This document shows positions 11,892 through 25,809 of a DNA stretch of 63,284 nt, piece after piece. The stretch spans positions 27,749,105 through 27,812,388 of the forward strand of contig JASCQW010000112.1 of NCBI GenBank assembly GCA_030264375.1, given 5' to 3'. The notes under the pieces are model-generated. The model did not search any database. It was not told the DNA's origin and worked only from the letters and a program-made list of their open reading frames with translations. How positions within the stretch are numbered: position 1 is the first letter of the stretch; the number at the start of each line of letters is the position of its first letter. Source of the DNA: Carcharhinus longimanus (Eukaryota). The translations under genes were made by a program, and so were the position numbers.

Positions 11892-12080
11892 CCTGTGGCC
11901 AAGCCAGTTCTCTACCCATCTAGCCACCTCTCCTTGTATCCCATAAGCCTTAACCTTTTTCACCAACCTGCCACGAGGGTCTTTGTCAAACGCCTTACTG
12001 AAATCCATACAGATGACATCCACGGCCCTTCCTTCGTCAACTGTTTTTGTCACCTCCTCAAAAAACTCCACCAAATTTGC
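11892..12080 (-). mobile_element. CR1-clade RT fragment
   Basis: NLVEFFEEVTKTVDEGRAVDVICMDFSKAFDK motif. Confidence 0.85.
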
Positions 12081-12139
12081 ACTACACAAATGCCAGGTAA
12101 ATACCATATCCAACAAGTCTAACATTATTGGTTTGCAAA

Positions 12140-13260
12140 AAGATAAATCGAGGTCCTACAGTCAGAAATGGGAATTTATAATGGGAAACAAAGAAATGGC
12201 TGACCAATTAAATACTTTAGTTCTGCCTTCAGAAAGGAGGACACAAATAACACATCACAAATGTTGGGGAATACAGGGAGGGAGGAATTGAGGAAATCAG
12301 TAGTAATAGAGAAATGGTGTTGGGGAAATTGATGGGATTGAAGGCCAATAAATCCCCAGAGGCTGATGTTCTACATCCTAAAGTACTTGAAGAAGTGGCT
12401 CTAGAAGTAGTAGATGCATTGGTGGTCACCTTCTAAGATACTATAGACTCTAGAACAGTTCCTACAGACTGGGGGGTAGCTAATGTAACCCTGCTATTTA
12501 AAAAAGATAGAGAAAATAGGGAATTATAGACCAATAAGCCATATGTTAGTAGTGGGGGAAATGCTGAGTGTCCATTATAAACAATGTCCATTATAAAACA
12601 ATTTAATGACAAAGCACTTGGAAAACAGTGGCAGAATTAGACAGATTTGCATGGATTTGTGAAAGGAAAATTATGCTTGATAAATCAAATGGAATTCTTT
12701 GAAGATGTAATTGGTAGAGTTGAAGTGCCAATGGCTGTGGCTTACTTGGACTTTCAGAAGGTTTTTGATGAGATCCCATAGAATTTAGTGTGTAAAGTTA
12801 AAGCACATGGAGTTGAGAGTGGGTAGAAAACTGGTTGGCAGACAGGAAACAAAAGAGAAGGAATAAACAGGTATTATTTCCAGGTGGTGAGCAGTGAATA
12901 GTAGGGTACCACCATATCTCCTTCAAGGAATGAAAGTCAACACTGAATCCCTCAACTCCCTGGATGACAAAAGAGGAAATGTGAAGCAGAAAAAGGGAGT
13001 ACGTGTCAAGTTGATAATATAACAGACCCAGACTTAAAAATTTAGAAGGGCAGTGAAACCTGACAGAGCTTGAGAAGAAACTGGCAATTAATATCAAGGG
13101 GAATCTGAAAGTCTTCTATATGCCTATAAATAGTAAAGGGTAATAGGAGGTGCAGTTCTGATGAGGGACCAAAAATGGATCTGTGCTTCAAGGCAGAGGG
13201 CAAAACTGAGGTATTAAATGACAGACAGTATTTTCTCCCTTGATAAAGACAGGTGCAACA
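12140..13260 (+). mobile_element. decayed CR1-clade ORF2 fragments
   Basis: Frameshifted ANVTLLFKK, NYRPISH and YLDFQKVFD-like motifs. Confidence 0.75.
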
Positions 13261-14151
13261 TAGTATTAAATTGAGCTACTCAATGGACTGAAAAATTGAG
13301 AAAGTCTAGTTTTACCAGTCACATCGACATCTTATGAACAATGTTTTTTTTACCTTTTATCCCAGTTTTTGCACTTTTGGTATTTTGCAACTCTTATCAA
13401 CCCACTGACAAAGTGCTTTGGAGTTTGTTTTGTAAACCATTCCTGCTTGCGGTTCTGGCAGCCCTATTCTGTGCTCAGTGCTGCTGATTTGTCAAGGTGT
13501 CCATTTAAAATAAGTCAGCATCAGGGAACATCCATGGCCAGTTATATAAGTAATGATTGATTCTTGTGTGCTTTCAGTCAGCTTGGCCTTAGTTTCTTAC
13601 TGTTTTGAGTAACAAAGAACAACACAGCACAGGAAACAGGCCCTTCGACCCTACAAGCCCACGCTGCCCATTTTAACACAGTGCCTCATTCCAATCCATT
13701 TGAGCATTTTGCCAAACATTGGTATGCAATGGGGTACTATGACCTATCACATTTTTACATCCAGATGAAATGTCATTAAACAGTTTTGACTGTGTTGTCA
13801 CTGACATACAAAGGCTGTAATTTAAATAGTTTGATAAACATTTTTAATTTGGCAGCAGCTTTATAATTACAGCAGATTGTGGTAGATCACATTCTTTGTT
13901 GATATGTACTGTAAGTGACACAATGCCAAATGTCAGTTTGGCACAGACTATATAATTGGTGCTGGATTTTTGTGCATGTATTTACTGTTTTCAAACAGCA
14001 GTATTTTCACACACTACATTAGTTGCAATTTGACATTGGTGGCATTAAAGTAAATATTCCCTGATGTTTATATTTGCCCAAAATATGATAGCCCATATGA
14101 TTACTAAACAAACATCATTCACATTCTAAACTCATTTCCTGGGAAAGGTTC

Positions 14152-14428
14152 ATGGACAGTACGGTGGCACAATGGTTAGCATTGCTGCCTCACAACACCA
14201 GGGCTGCAGAGCCTGGGTGACCGTGTGAAGTCTATGTTCTCCCAATGTGTGTGGGTTTCCTCTGTGTGCTCCAGTTTCCTTCCACTGTTCAAAAATATGC
14301 AATGGGGGATTAACAGGACAAGTATGTGGAGTTAAAGGGAATAGGGTCTGGATAAGATGCTCTGTCAGAGAGTCAGTGCAGACTCGATGGACCAAATGGC
14401 CTCCTTCTGCACTGTAGAGATTCTATGA
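14152..14428 (+). mobile_element. V-SINE (HE1-like), internally deleted
   Basis: tRNA-like head and CR1-type tail. Confidence 0.75.
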
Positions 14429-15809
14429 AATTATTGCAGGATGTCTAGTAACAATATCAGTATGTGTACTACTGTGGAGAAAAGGGATAATGAAGGGAGT
14501 AGGATAAACTAAGTATTCAAAAGGGAATCTTCATCATGCACCTTTATCATCATTACTGTTCAATTTCAGCTTTAAATACAGGAATGATTTGTCAATTTTA
14601 TAGCTTTTGCTGATGCAAAGGATAGGTGCACAATCTCATTTCTGCTCCAATTAATAGTCATAGAACAGATAAGGAAGGTTATGTTCACTATGTAGAGTCA
14701 CTGGGGAAGGAGGCAGTTGTGAAACAAATAAATTGTTCTGTGAAGAGCTGGGACAGATAAACAAGGGTGTACATGAACAACATAACTTTCCACTTCATCA
14801 ACAATTGAAACATAGAACAGATGCTTAATGTTATGAAATTTGAATGGGTATTCCTAACACTACTTTCTAAGGATGCCAGGATTACTGATCACAACTATTT
14901 TTCAGCTTAAGTCCTTCAAGTTTCATCTTCTGTTTTACATCAAGAAAGGAACCTGGATAACAGAATGTATTTTAAAAACAAAAATGAGAAAGGATCAGGA
15001 TCGATGCTGCATAATGTATGTTCTTTAAAATCTGTTCTATTTAAAAACAAACTGAGAAACATGATTATCCCACAGCTTGGAATCCTCAAATTAATACTTA
15101 GCCTTTCACTGAAAGTGATAACATGTAGAAAGTTGCATGGGATGGCAATAATGTATGGCTACCCAACCAACTTGATTCTTTTGAGTGCCACTGACTTCTG
15201 AAGGACAAGTTTGCTAATGAGTGATCCATCCATTCTTAAAAGGATTTCAAAAATCAATGAAGTCAATTGACAGAAAAGAGCAAGGCAGACCTTTCAAAAA
15301 GTTGCATTTTTTTTAACCTGGCCTGTCTGCAATGTTAGAAGAGGAGGTTGGAAACAGTTTGCTGCATACTCAAACTAAATATGAGGCAGCCAAGAACAGT
15401 TTTGAGAACGGTGCTTTACTTTTGCTGTCCTCAATATATGCGCACGTCTGTATATATCTCGGTCACCCTTTACCAACATTTGTTATTCCTGATATGTCAA
15501 AGTTGATAAAAGCTACTGATGATCATCAATAAGGGGATATTGGACATGTTTTGAAATGAATTACCTACAATTAATGAAAGCCTCAGTTTTGATATTAATT
15601 TGAAAATTATTTTTTATACATTAATAGAAATTAATGCAATAATGCTCACCTTTTCTAAGATTTTTTACCAGTAATTTGGTAAGTTGGACATCAAAATGTT
15701 TCGGTGGCAACAAAGTGGTCTTTCCAAACCAGGCATTAAGATATATATATTTTGGTGGACACAGTTAATTAGTCGGGCATATTGTGTCTGTGAATGTTCA
15801 ACAGTCTCT

Positions 15810-15815
15810 TTTATT
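15810..15815 (-). promoter_or_regulatory. candidate NEMF polyadenylation signal
   Basis: AATAAA on the minus strand ~170 nt after the stop; usage unverified. Confidence 0.35.
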
Positions 15816-15983
15816 TCTAAGCTTTGATCAGCACCAAACCAAAAACAGAGACACATGTTTATCACTTATTCGGGTTGTTTAAATCATTCTTAATAAGCAG
15901 TTCTGAAGGATTTTCACCATTAGACGTGCTACACCTTGATGGACAGTCCTTGAAGATATTTGACCAACGTAAATCCTGTGTAA

Positions 15984-16061
15984 TTATTTCCGTTTCTTGG
16001 CTAATAAATTAGGCGCTGAAATCTTCACCCTGCCAGGTATGTTTCTTGACAAGTCAGTATC
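15984..16061 (-). CDS. NEMF: NEMF last coding exon (DTDLSRNIPGRVKISAPNLLAKKRK*)
   Basis: ctttag acceptor; 78 nt including TAA. Confidence 0.96.
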   Translation of the reverse strand, partial: DTDLSRNIPGRVKISAPNLLAKKRK

Positions 16062-17271
16062 CTAAAGAAGATAGAAAAAAATGCATTAAGTATCACATAA
16101 AACTCAACTTTCCAAAATTTTTGATGGATTCTGTGGTGATCAGAACATATCCTCATACATGATCCTGAAATTAAGATTAGAATATTTTGGGGCTGTAGCT
16201 TTAAATTTCGGGTAAATGAAAGAAGTCACGTGACCTTGAGTCTACCAGGTTTGATTGTTAGAGATCAATGGTAGATTCACTGTTTTACTGTGAAAGTGGT
16301 CCAAGTTATTTATGCTTGGAGACAATGGTCAAAATCCCAAAATATAGCATAAGTAGATATCGAGTCTCCCAAAGTCCCAGAAAAGTGTTTTAGGTAACTA
16401 ACATATCTGATAGTTCAAACTGATGTGGTTTGAACTATCCATTTATTTCTACAATAAAAGGAAGTTGGGATCATGGATACCTAATTAGTTTTACGTCTAA
16501 ATAGAAATATTGATTTCTTGCCCCACTGACATGGGGAAGAATATAGAGCAAGCCATTAGATCAGGTTACAGGCCTCCCTATAAATCGATGAGCATTATAG
16601 CAGTTTTGTCCTGTGGGGTCAGCACAGAGAAAAAGGCTACTTTGCAAACCTCCATGACCAGATGCAGGAGATTAAGAGATCCTGCATCTTCCTGCATCCT
16701 TCCATGGATTTTGGGAGACTTGTTCTGGCATGACCAGGAGGAAGAAGAATCACTGGAACAGTCTTCACTGCTGGCTATAGATTTAAGAAACTCTCCGAAA
16801 ACTGAATGAAGTGCCTGGAGACAACTGTTCAAAGTCATTACTTGGCAAAATGGGAATGTGAGAACTCATTGGAAGTTGGGATCCACAATTGTGGGTTGTT
16901 TGCTAAAAGAACTGTAATTCTGTAGAGAGTATGATGAAGGGTAATAAACATACAAGGGGAATTCACTAAGTTGCTGACAAAAGGAAAACCATGTTTAGTC
17001 AATGTTTTTAGTCATATGTTACAGTAAAAGTTTTAAAATGTGAAATCTTATTGGGTCATTCTGATTTCAAATTTCCATTTATCAGTCTCTATAGCGATCG
17101 TAACACAAAAGAAACACATACAGCTATGGACTTAACAGATAAACACTTTAGTATAGTAGTTAAAATATACAGTTTTTCAAGATAACTGAAAATCTATATT
17201 TTTCAGTAAACAATGAAATAATGAATACTGAAATGAAATATTTCATCAAGTATTAAAACAAAAATAGAACG

Positions 17272-17900
17272 AGATAGGACATGCAATAGGCCATTTGGTC
17301 CATCGAGTGTGCTCTGCCAGTCAGTATGATCATGGCTGATGATCACCTGCTTTTTGTATCCCTCAATTCCCTGAAACATCAAATATCTGTCTATCTCAAC
17401 CTTAAATATATTAAATGATGGATTATTTACAAACATTTGGAGCACAGAATTCCAAAGATTCATGACCCTTGAGTCAAGAAATTTCTCCTTCTTTTCAATT
17501 GTCCCCTTATCCTAAGGCTGTGTATCCTGCACCTCATGTTTTAGATTTGCTAGCCAGCAGGAGCAATCTTTCAGCATTTTGTGTGTTTCAATGAGATCAT
17601 CTTTAATTCCGGAAAATATAGGCCCAATTTACATATCCTCTCATCATAGGCCAACCCTCTTATTCCAGGAATTAATGTTGTGAACCTTCACTGTGCTGCC
17701 TCCAATATCCTTAAAAATGGAGACCAAAACTCTCTCAGTATTTCAGGTATAATCTAACCATAGCCCTGTACAATTACAGCAAGACTTTTTAATTCTTCTA
17801 TTCCAACCCTTCTGCAATAAAGGCCAATGTGACATTTTCCTTCCTAATTATCTGTATGCTAAATTTGTGTTCCTTGTACAAGCATTACCAAGTCTCTCAA
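17272..17900 (-). mobile_element. decayed CR1-clade LINE 3' part
   Basis: MNLWNSVLQ...FNIFKVEIDRYL C-terminal peptide and tail. Confidence 0.75.
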
Positions 17901-18700
17901 CACATCTAAGTAGTCATTAACAAAGTAGTATGAGCTTTTGGCATTATCCTACACCAAATTACTGCAATGATCTATAGGCAAGTGCTCACCATATATTCAA
18001 AGTTAATTTAATATACATTTCCTTAAAATAACACATTATCCTGCACATTTTTTATGTTAAACATGCAGACCATATTAATTTTATAGATACCTAATGATCT
18101 GTAATTTGAGTGATGTAACATGAATCTTCAGGTCAGTGACAATGCTGTATGTATTGCTGCTGCCTGCAATTTTTTCCCCCTCCCCATCAAAAAAGGCTTA
18201 GACCAGGTTTAATCTGTCTAAATTTCCTTCATTAATATCAACATAAGTCGCACTGATCTGTTTCCGAGTCTCTCACTGTAGCTCAGAGTTAGAGACAATC
18301 CTACAGGATCCCGAGCAGCAGGGAATTGCTCATCTGAAGTTTAAAACTTCTCAGGCAATTCCCACATAGGTCCACATGTCAAGACTGCCACAGGATCCTG
18401 ATGTGAATATTCCATCATATGTATGGTCTCCAGTAATCAGGAGACTGAATAATTTGGGCCACTGTACTTATCTAAAAACTGCCTCAACAACCACATTAAT
18501 AACTTTCTCCCGTATAATGTTCATGAATTGTTATGAAGGAGAAAAAATAGACATTTTACATATAATTGTAGTGATCTAGAAACTGTGGCTCAAAAGATAT
18601 CAGTTATACTTATAAATATATACTTCCTACAAAATTCTTTTGTTTGATACCACATTTGAAGAGGATAACATTCTACTGTGCAAAAATAAAATATATTTAC

Positions 18701-18780
18701 CTTCACACTACGTAATAAATCTTTCTCCCGCTGCATAGCTTCTTTAGAATGCATGAAGTTGTGCAAGGCTGTTTTAGCCG
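18701..18780 (-). CDS. NEMF: NEMF exon ~32 (AKTALHNFMHSKEAMQREKDLLRSVK)
   Basis: ttttag/gtaaat; 80 nt. Confidence 0.96.
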
Positions 18781-18866
18781 CTAAAAGGCAAAAAACAAAA
18801 ACCATTTCACAAGGACAATCTGAAACAAAATTGTGAAGAAGATAGTGGGTCAAAGATTTTACATAC

Positions 18867-18910
18867 CCTTTCCTTTCTTCTGTGTGCCCGGAGTGAGTTT
18901 CACCTTGTAC
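18867..18910 (-). CDS. NEMF: NEMF exon ~31 (YKVKLTPGTQKKGK)
   Basis: ttttag/gtatgt; 44 nt. Confidence 0.96.
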
Positions 18911-19410
18911 CTAAAATAAAACATTACATATAAGTGGTTTGATTCATTTGTGTGTCAAATATATTTGTTTCTGTTCGGTAACTTATAGTATTCGCACTAC
19001 AGCAAAAAAATTTATAAGACAAGCCATAGCTGTACTAAAATAGCAAAAAATGCAATGATTGCAATCATATGTGAAAATACCTACTTTGATTCACACCACT
19101 GATTAATGGCACTGGAGACTGTAAAGAATATGGGCCCAACAACATTGTGGCAATAGCACTGAAGGCTTGTGCTCCAAAACTAACCGTACATCTAGCCAAG
19201 ATGTTCCAGGACATCTACCACACTGACAAGTATTTAGCAATGTGAAAAATTACTACTCTAAACTACTCTATCACGAATGACTGTATGGGGATTAATGTTG
19301 GCCAAGTCGTCAGAAGACTCCCCACTGTTTGGAAAAAGCCCTTTAATAAAAGTGTCATCTTAATGAAGACGCATCCTACAATACTGGGATATCTCAGTAA
19401 TATACCGAAT

Positions 19411-19750
19411 TAGAACATAGAACATTACAGCGCAGAACAGGCCCTTCGGCCCATGATGTTGCGCCGACCAATTAAAAAGCAATGACNNNNNNNNNNNNNN
19501 NNNNNNNNNNNNNNNNNNNNNNNNNNNNNNNNNNNNNNNNNNNNNNNNNNNNNNNNNNNNNNNNNNNNNNNNNNNNNNNNNNNNNNCCTGAACACCCTCT
19601 CTGAAACATCCCGGACCCCAGCCCCTGGGAGGCAACACACCAGCCCTGAGTCCCTACCATTACTTCTGACTCTCCTATCTGTCCCCCTAACTGTGGAGTC
19701 CCCAATCACCAGGCCCAATCTTTTACATCCCCTAACCACCTGAGCCTTCA
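19411..19750 (-). mobile_element. young CR1-clade LINE: tail, gap, ORF1 esterase fragment
   Basis: LVIGDSTVRGTDR...CCLPGAGVRDVSER (GDS block of an SGNH esterase); tail nearly identical to positions 1-60. Confidence 0.8.
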
Positions 19751-20573
19751 CAACAGCCTAGATTATGCACTCGCTGAATTGAGGCTTGAAGCAACAATTC
19801 TCTCACTTGGGTGAGAACGAATAAATGAGTGAACCATGAAAGTTAATCTGATTAATTACAGATTCGGTATTCTAGCACCCCTGGAACCATGACCGTGCCA
19901 GAGTTTGGATTTTCCTGGATTTTGAAACCAATTCCTTCACACTGGCTGTCTCTATAGCACACACTGTACTGATCACTTAAAAATAACAAAGTTGTAAATC
20001 ACAGGACAGAGTTTTTGAATTTGTAACGATAATGGGCAGGAGCATTGAAAATTTAAAAGTTTGATTGGGCAAATTTTCAAAAATGTACTATTCTTACAAT
20101 GGAGTGATTCTTGCAGAAAAAGAGCATTCACTTGGACTGCAATAACAGGGACAGAGACAAACAGCTGATTTCTGATCCTTTCAACTGAAAGCAGCTGGGA
20201 ATGTTGCAATCCAAATGTTCCTGCTATGGAACAGGCACCTTTGTGTCCAGAGAGTAGAGAAGACCATGGACAGGAGGCAGGTCCTAAAACACTGCAATGG
20301 ACTCAATCCTGTGAGCGCACAACTCTCATCGATTCCATCCTCTGGGATTGGCTTAAGAATGGCCTTTTCATTCTCATGCTTACTCTGTTCTGGGAGCAGA
20401 ATCTAAGGGTTTCTGGACATTTGGTTTCTGGACAATCCCCCTGCCTTCGGACAAACAAATTTGACACATTGATCTGTACTCACTTATATATGATTCTATT
20501 TCTTCCTGCCAACTCTGGCCATTCTGAACCTTAAACAACTTAATTATTGGCAACTGTTTGTAATAAAACTTAC

Positions 20574-20680
20574 TTATAGTTAGTCAGGGCAGTGTATGGA
20601 GCACAGAAAGGTACAGCGAACAGCAACACATCTTCTGGGTGAGGCTGACCAGTTAGTGAGTTCAGCAACTTCTCACCCTC
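20574..20680 (-). CDS. NEMF: NEMF exon ~30 ([35 protein letters not shown]), NFACT-C
   Basis: ctttag/gtaagt; 107 nt. Confidence 0.96.
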
Positions 20681-22859
20681 CTAAAGTAAAACATAAAGAT
20701 CTATTAAACTTAACTTCAATAGTCAATCATAAGTTTTCAAAATACACTCTTGTTCTACTTAAATGCATTTACGATAAAGCAATTTTCTTCATCTACTATA
20801 CTATTAAACAGCAATTTTTATTCTTAATTCTGGAAGAAGCTTACTGATAGCAAAATCAAGAACATTTGTGATTATTTGTGGTGAAATCACATCCAAAAAG
20901 AGGAAATTTTGCCTTCACTTTTTGGCCTCTTTTGTCTCCATGCCTTAATTTTGGCTCCATCTCTGTAACCTCCGTCAATCCTACGACCCTTCAAGATCTC
21001 TAGGTTTCTCCAACTTTGATCCCTTGCACATCCTCACACCTTTTGCCCCAGCACAACTAGCCTTTCCTTCAGCTATCCAGAAGAGTCACTCATTCCTTCC
21101 TTAAATCATTCTGCCTCTCAACTTCTCTCTCCTCCTTAAAACCTACTGCTTTACCCATGATTTCTGTTACCCTGCCAATTGTCTAGTTCATGGGGTCAAC
21201 TTGCTTCTGTAAAATATCTTGGTGTGTTATATTGCTTTACAAGCATTATATAAATATGCATATATCACTGTTATCCTAACCTCTTGCATTGAATGCAGTG
21301 AATTAGGAGAAAAGTAGTACTTATTTATTAGTGCTCAGTATAACTTCAGAATTTGTGGCAAGTTTTCTAGGTGTTCGTTGCAGGAATAGTAAAGATGTAT
21401 CACATAATTAGTCCATCTGGGAGCAAGTTTCTCGAACGTTTTCAAATAAACCTCCTAACTGCAGAGGATTCAGAGAAGGGAAAAGTAAATCACAGTGAGG
21501 GAAGACAGAGCAAGTGAATGGAAAGTGTTCGAATGGGCCCCTAGTGCCCATTCTTTGAATTTGACCTGTGACATTGGATATCAATGGGTTCTTAAGTACA
21601 TTACAGTCAAGCCATATGGTGATCAGGAATGGGAGCCTTGAATAATTTTTGTCATTCACAAAGCTAAATCCCTGAGAGGTCCACTGATTATATCACCCCA
21701 ACATTCAAGTTGAGATTGGTAACACAAAATAATTGTATTAACTGTATATTTTAACATTTAGTAACAATTTAGATTGACATTTATATCGCTATAATTCAAC
21801 TAAAATTATTTTTGTTTCCCAATTTTTTTCTACATTGTATTTTTTTAAAAACTTATTTTCCCTTTTTGTTAAATATCAATGTTTCATATATTTAATTCTT
21901 TAAATAAAGTCTCTTTATAGCTTTTACATTCCCAGCCAGACCATTTCAGAGGTTGCAGCAATTTTAGAAAAGACTAACTGGCTGAAAACTCTACAATTTT
22001 GAATTAAAAGACTTGTTTAGTTGTGGGTCAGATCAGAGCAAATGATGTACACTTACATATCAAAATAGCGAATTTATTCCTGGATTAATATATTGCTGTC
22101 GAAACGGAAATGGCCTATTTGGACCAACCAGTAATGGCTTATCCTCCACACAAGCAATCAGGCTAAACCCATGTGCTTAACATTTTTTCGACCTTTATCA
22201 ATATCCTCATCCAATATATTTTGGCCCTCAGCATTATTTACTATATTTTTTGTTTTAATTCTGCATGCAAAAGTGGACACCACTCCTTCTAATCGCTGCT
22301 GTACGCCAAACAGAATGAGTCCTGAAACATGACCACTATTGCCCATCTCCAACCATCTGAGCAACCGTTCTTGACTCATATTGTTTCCCCCGGATCAGTT
22401 ATCCTTAATAATATTTTCCTCCTTTATCTAATGCCATGCTCCTGAATCTTCTTCAGTAACTGCTACCTTGTCCATGGCTTTCTAAAATATACACCACATT
22501 CATTGCATTTCCCTTAACAACCACTGTCCATCATTTTGCAAAAGAGATTTATCATTTTGACAAGCACAGCTTTCTGAAATCTATATTAGCTGTTTATAAT
22601 TATTTTATTCTCATCTAGATATTTAGTAATTTCATCTTTAATTAAATATGTCAATTTTTCCCCACCACAGGGTGTTAATATAATTGCCCTTTTAGCTTAT
22701 CATGTTAGCCATTCTTTAGTTCCACTGTCAATAGAATCTATTCTTAACTCATTCCCACATTATGTTGAATGCTCAAATGCCGTGGCAGCTGATAAGGGGA
22801 GGCAGTTAATAAATACTGAAAATTATATCAAGGGATTTACTTATTAATAACCAACCAAC

Positions 22860-22898
22860 CTCAACTGCTTGCAGATCTTGTTCAGGTTCCTCCTGGTC
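22860..22898 (-). CDS. NEMF: NEMF exon ~29, short exon (DQEEPEQDLQAVE)
   Basis: atttag/gttggt; 39 nt, phase 0-0; resembles the short EEQDL-type exon expected here. Confidence 0.75.
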
Positions 22899-23605
22899 CT
22901 AAATGTTAACAAAATAACACAAATTAACAAAATAATAATGAAATTCTCAATGAAGTATACTGTGCCACTTTTGTTAATTGATTTGATCTCTGTTTGTGGG
23001 ATCAGCAGTGGAGGTTCGAGATCTGGTGAAATCCAGACCTTACGAATCTCGCAGGCGAGATTGCAATGTCTGATTTTTGCCTGCTGGCCTTCACCAGCAA
23101 CCATAATGGGCAAAAACCTGACTTACATTTATTTGAATAAATTTGAATAGTATTCACCCCCCCAAAACCCCACCTTGCCAGACCTTTCCCCTTCACCCAG
23201 ACTTGAACCTATTGGATCCCTCCAAGGGTGCAAAGATGGGTATAGTCCCTGGGGGAGACGGATATAGCCTAGCACTGCACCCATTCAAGGGCAGGCCCTA
23301 ATGGGAACCTCACCAGGAAGGGGATGGGGGTTGCATATGTATGTGTGGTGGAGAGTAGAAAGGAAGAGAGCGTTCAACGAAGGAGTGAGGCAACGCCAGC
23401 AACAACTGCTGGGATGGGGATGGGGAGGTGGAGGTGGGAGAAGTGACAGAGATGTCAGTGATTGCTGTTGGAGATAGAGAGTGGGAGGGCTGAGAGTGGG
23501 AGATGCCAATAATTTTAAGGGGGTGGGATTGAAAAGGGAGGATGCAATGATCACTGTTGGAAAGGGGTACTGAGGTTTGCCAGCACTAATGTGGTTTTTG
23601 GGCCG

Positions 23606-23607
<2 letters not shown>

Positions 23608-23693
<86 letters not shown>
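23608..23693. repeat. compound (GT)n-(TA)n-(GT)n microsatellite
   Basis: Directly visible. Confidence 0.97.
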
Positions 23694-23694
<1 letters not shown>

Positions 23695-24089
23695 TGGTAG
23701 TGAGAGAGGGACGAGAGAGATGCTGGCGTTGAATGGGAAAGGTGGGGAAAGAGATGCTGGCAGTCATCACTGGGGTTGCTCCTGAGACATCCATGATGGG
23801 GGAAGGAGAGCATTATTTCTATTAATTCTTGGTCTGATTGGAGTGGTCTGATCACTGTGCAGCCAGCTTTACCAGCATGGTTAGGCCCCACCCTACAAAA
23901 TGATAACACAAAACACATTCCCCTGCTTGTGACAAAATCCCATAAGATCTGGTGAGAAAACCTGCCCGTTTCTCTGGAGAAGAACGTGCCAGTTTTCAGT
24001 CAGATCCTGACACTGCTCCATTTTTTTGGTAAGATTCAGTCCAATGTTTTTCATAGTATTAATGCTTAAAATGTGCTTCAATGTCTTAC

Positions 24090-24290
24090 TTCTTGGTGAT
24101 CTTCCAGGGCAGCTCCCTCTATCGTAACGTCTGCAACATGATGCGTCACAAGTTCAAGATCTTGTCCTTTGCCTTCAACAACACTCGCTCTGATCGAAGG
24201 CGGCTGCTTAACCTGCTGTTTTTTAACAGGTTGTTTAATTTTGCCCTTTTTTCCTTTCTTAACCTTTTCCTCTTTGCTGGGACCTGCTGA
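24090..24290 (-). CDS. NEMF: NEMF exon ~28 (SAGPSKEEKVKKGKKGK...EDHQE)
   Basis: tccag/gtaaga; 201 nt. Confidence 0.91.
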
Positions 24291-24369
24291 CTGGATTCAG
24301 GTATTATAAATTAAAATACAATCAACTAAAGCATTTTAAAATATCTGTTTAATGCAAACTTATCCTTAC

Positions 24370-24447
24370 CCCAAGTAATTTCATCATTAATTCACGATCC
24401 TCTTCATCTTGATCTTTATATTTTTCTTTAATTTTCTTCAGTTTAGC
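24370..24447 (-). CDS. NEMF: NEMF exon ~27 ([26 protein letters not shown])
   Basis: atcag/gtaagg; 78 nt. Confidence 0.96.
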
Positions 24448-25809
24448 CTGATTACGCAAAGCAGAAGACAATACTTTTAGATGCAGCAGTTGTGTCTGAA
24501 GTTAAGCAGCAATATTTTCCCTTGACTGAAATGCAAGTTCACTGCAGTGTCTGTCACTCACCTCAGTACAAATTCTTAATGATAAAGAAAAGTGGGTGGC
24601 AATTCTCACCCGATTATCAAAAAATTTAACAGTCCTTTCTGATTTATACTTTTTAAGGGTGTTCATAAAGATTAGATAATGGAACTCTTCCCGTTACAAG
24701 GCATCCAGTATAATATCACGCGGCCTGATTCATCACAGCCAAATTCCGATTAAAGCTCCCTTTACTCTTCACCATCAATATGCTTCAATCTCAATACAAG
24801 AACACTTTTTAAAAACAAATTCCCCAAACCCCAGCTTGTGGCCTCTCAGCGTCAAAATGAGTGTCAAAGTAAGGAAGCATGTTGGGCTTCTGTCCACTAA
24901 GAATTGGACTGATCAGCCAAGTACATCTCACATAGGACCCAGCAGTCAGCAGAGTGAAGATGTTGTCATCCAATTAGGCTGCATTAGATCTGAACTCACG
25001 TGGCAGAAGTGATGAAGTGAAAGTAACCTAAAGCACAGCCATTCGCTTTCTCTGTATCCATACTTTTTCTTTCAGACAGGGACTAAGGAAACTAAGACCT
25101 TTTTCTGCCAAATGTTAATTCATTCATGGGACATGGGCGTTGCTGGCTGGCCAGCATTTATTGCTTGTTCTCAGTTGCCCTTAGAAAGGTGGTGATGAGC
25201 TGCCTTCTTGAATCACTGCAGTCCAAGTATTGTGCGTTGACCCACACGCCATTAGGGAGGGAATGCCTGGATTTTGACCCAGCGACTGCGAAGGGGTGGC
25301 ATATGTTCTCAAGTCAGGATGGTGAGTAACTTGGAGGGGAGCTTGCAGGTGGTGGTGATCCCATGTCACAGGATTCACCCTGAAAATCTTCCAAAACAGT
25401 CAATGACCATCACAGCTACAGGATCACATAGCTTAAAACCAAACATTAAAAATAAAGCATGAATAAAGAACCAGGCAACAAAAAGAATGAGCCGGAGAAC
25501 AGCAGCAGCAATGCAAGACAATTAAGCAAAATGGATAGGCTCTTTATTCAGAATTTATGAAATGTGAATTAAAAGTAGGAAAGTTAAAAAGGATGCCCAA
25601 ATCCAGTATGGAGATCTGTCCTTGAAAGTCATTCATGACCCTACTTGGGCCCAAATCGAGGGTTGTGGAGTTGATTGTGGCACAGACCAAGTCATATTAA
25701 TACAGTAGAAATGAATTGTTGATCAATAAATGATGAAGCTAAAACAAGAGAAATATCCCTTTTAAATGTTTTCAATTATCCTAATGAAGTTTTTGATGGG
25801 TGCTTTTTA

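Noticed and set aside
23285-23918. 169-aa and 110-aa ORFs with His-Thr repeats
   Set aside because: They are translations of the GT microsatellite within a GC-rich repeat; no protein motif or splice support.
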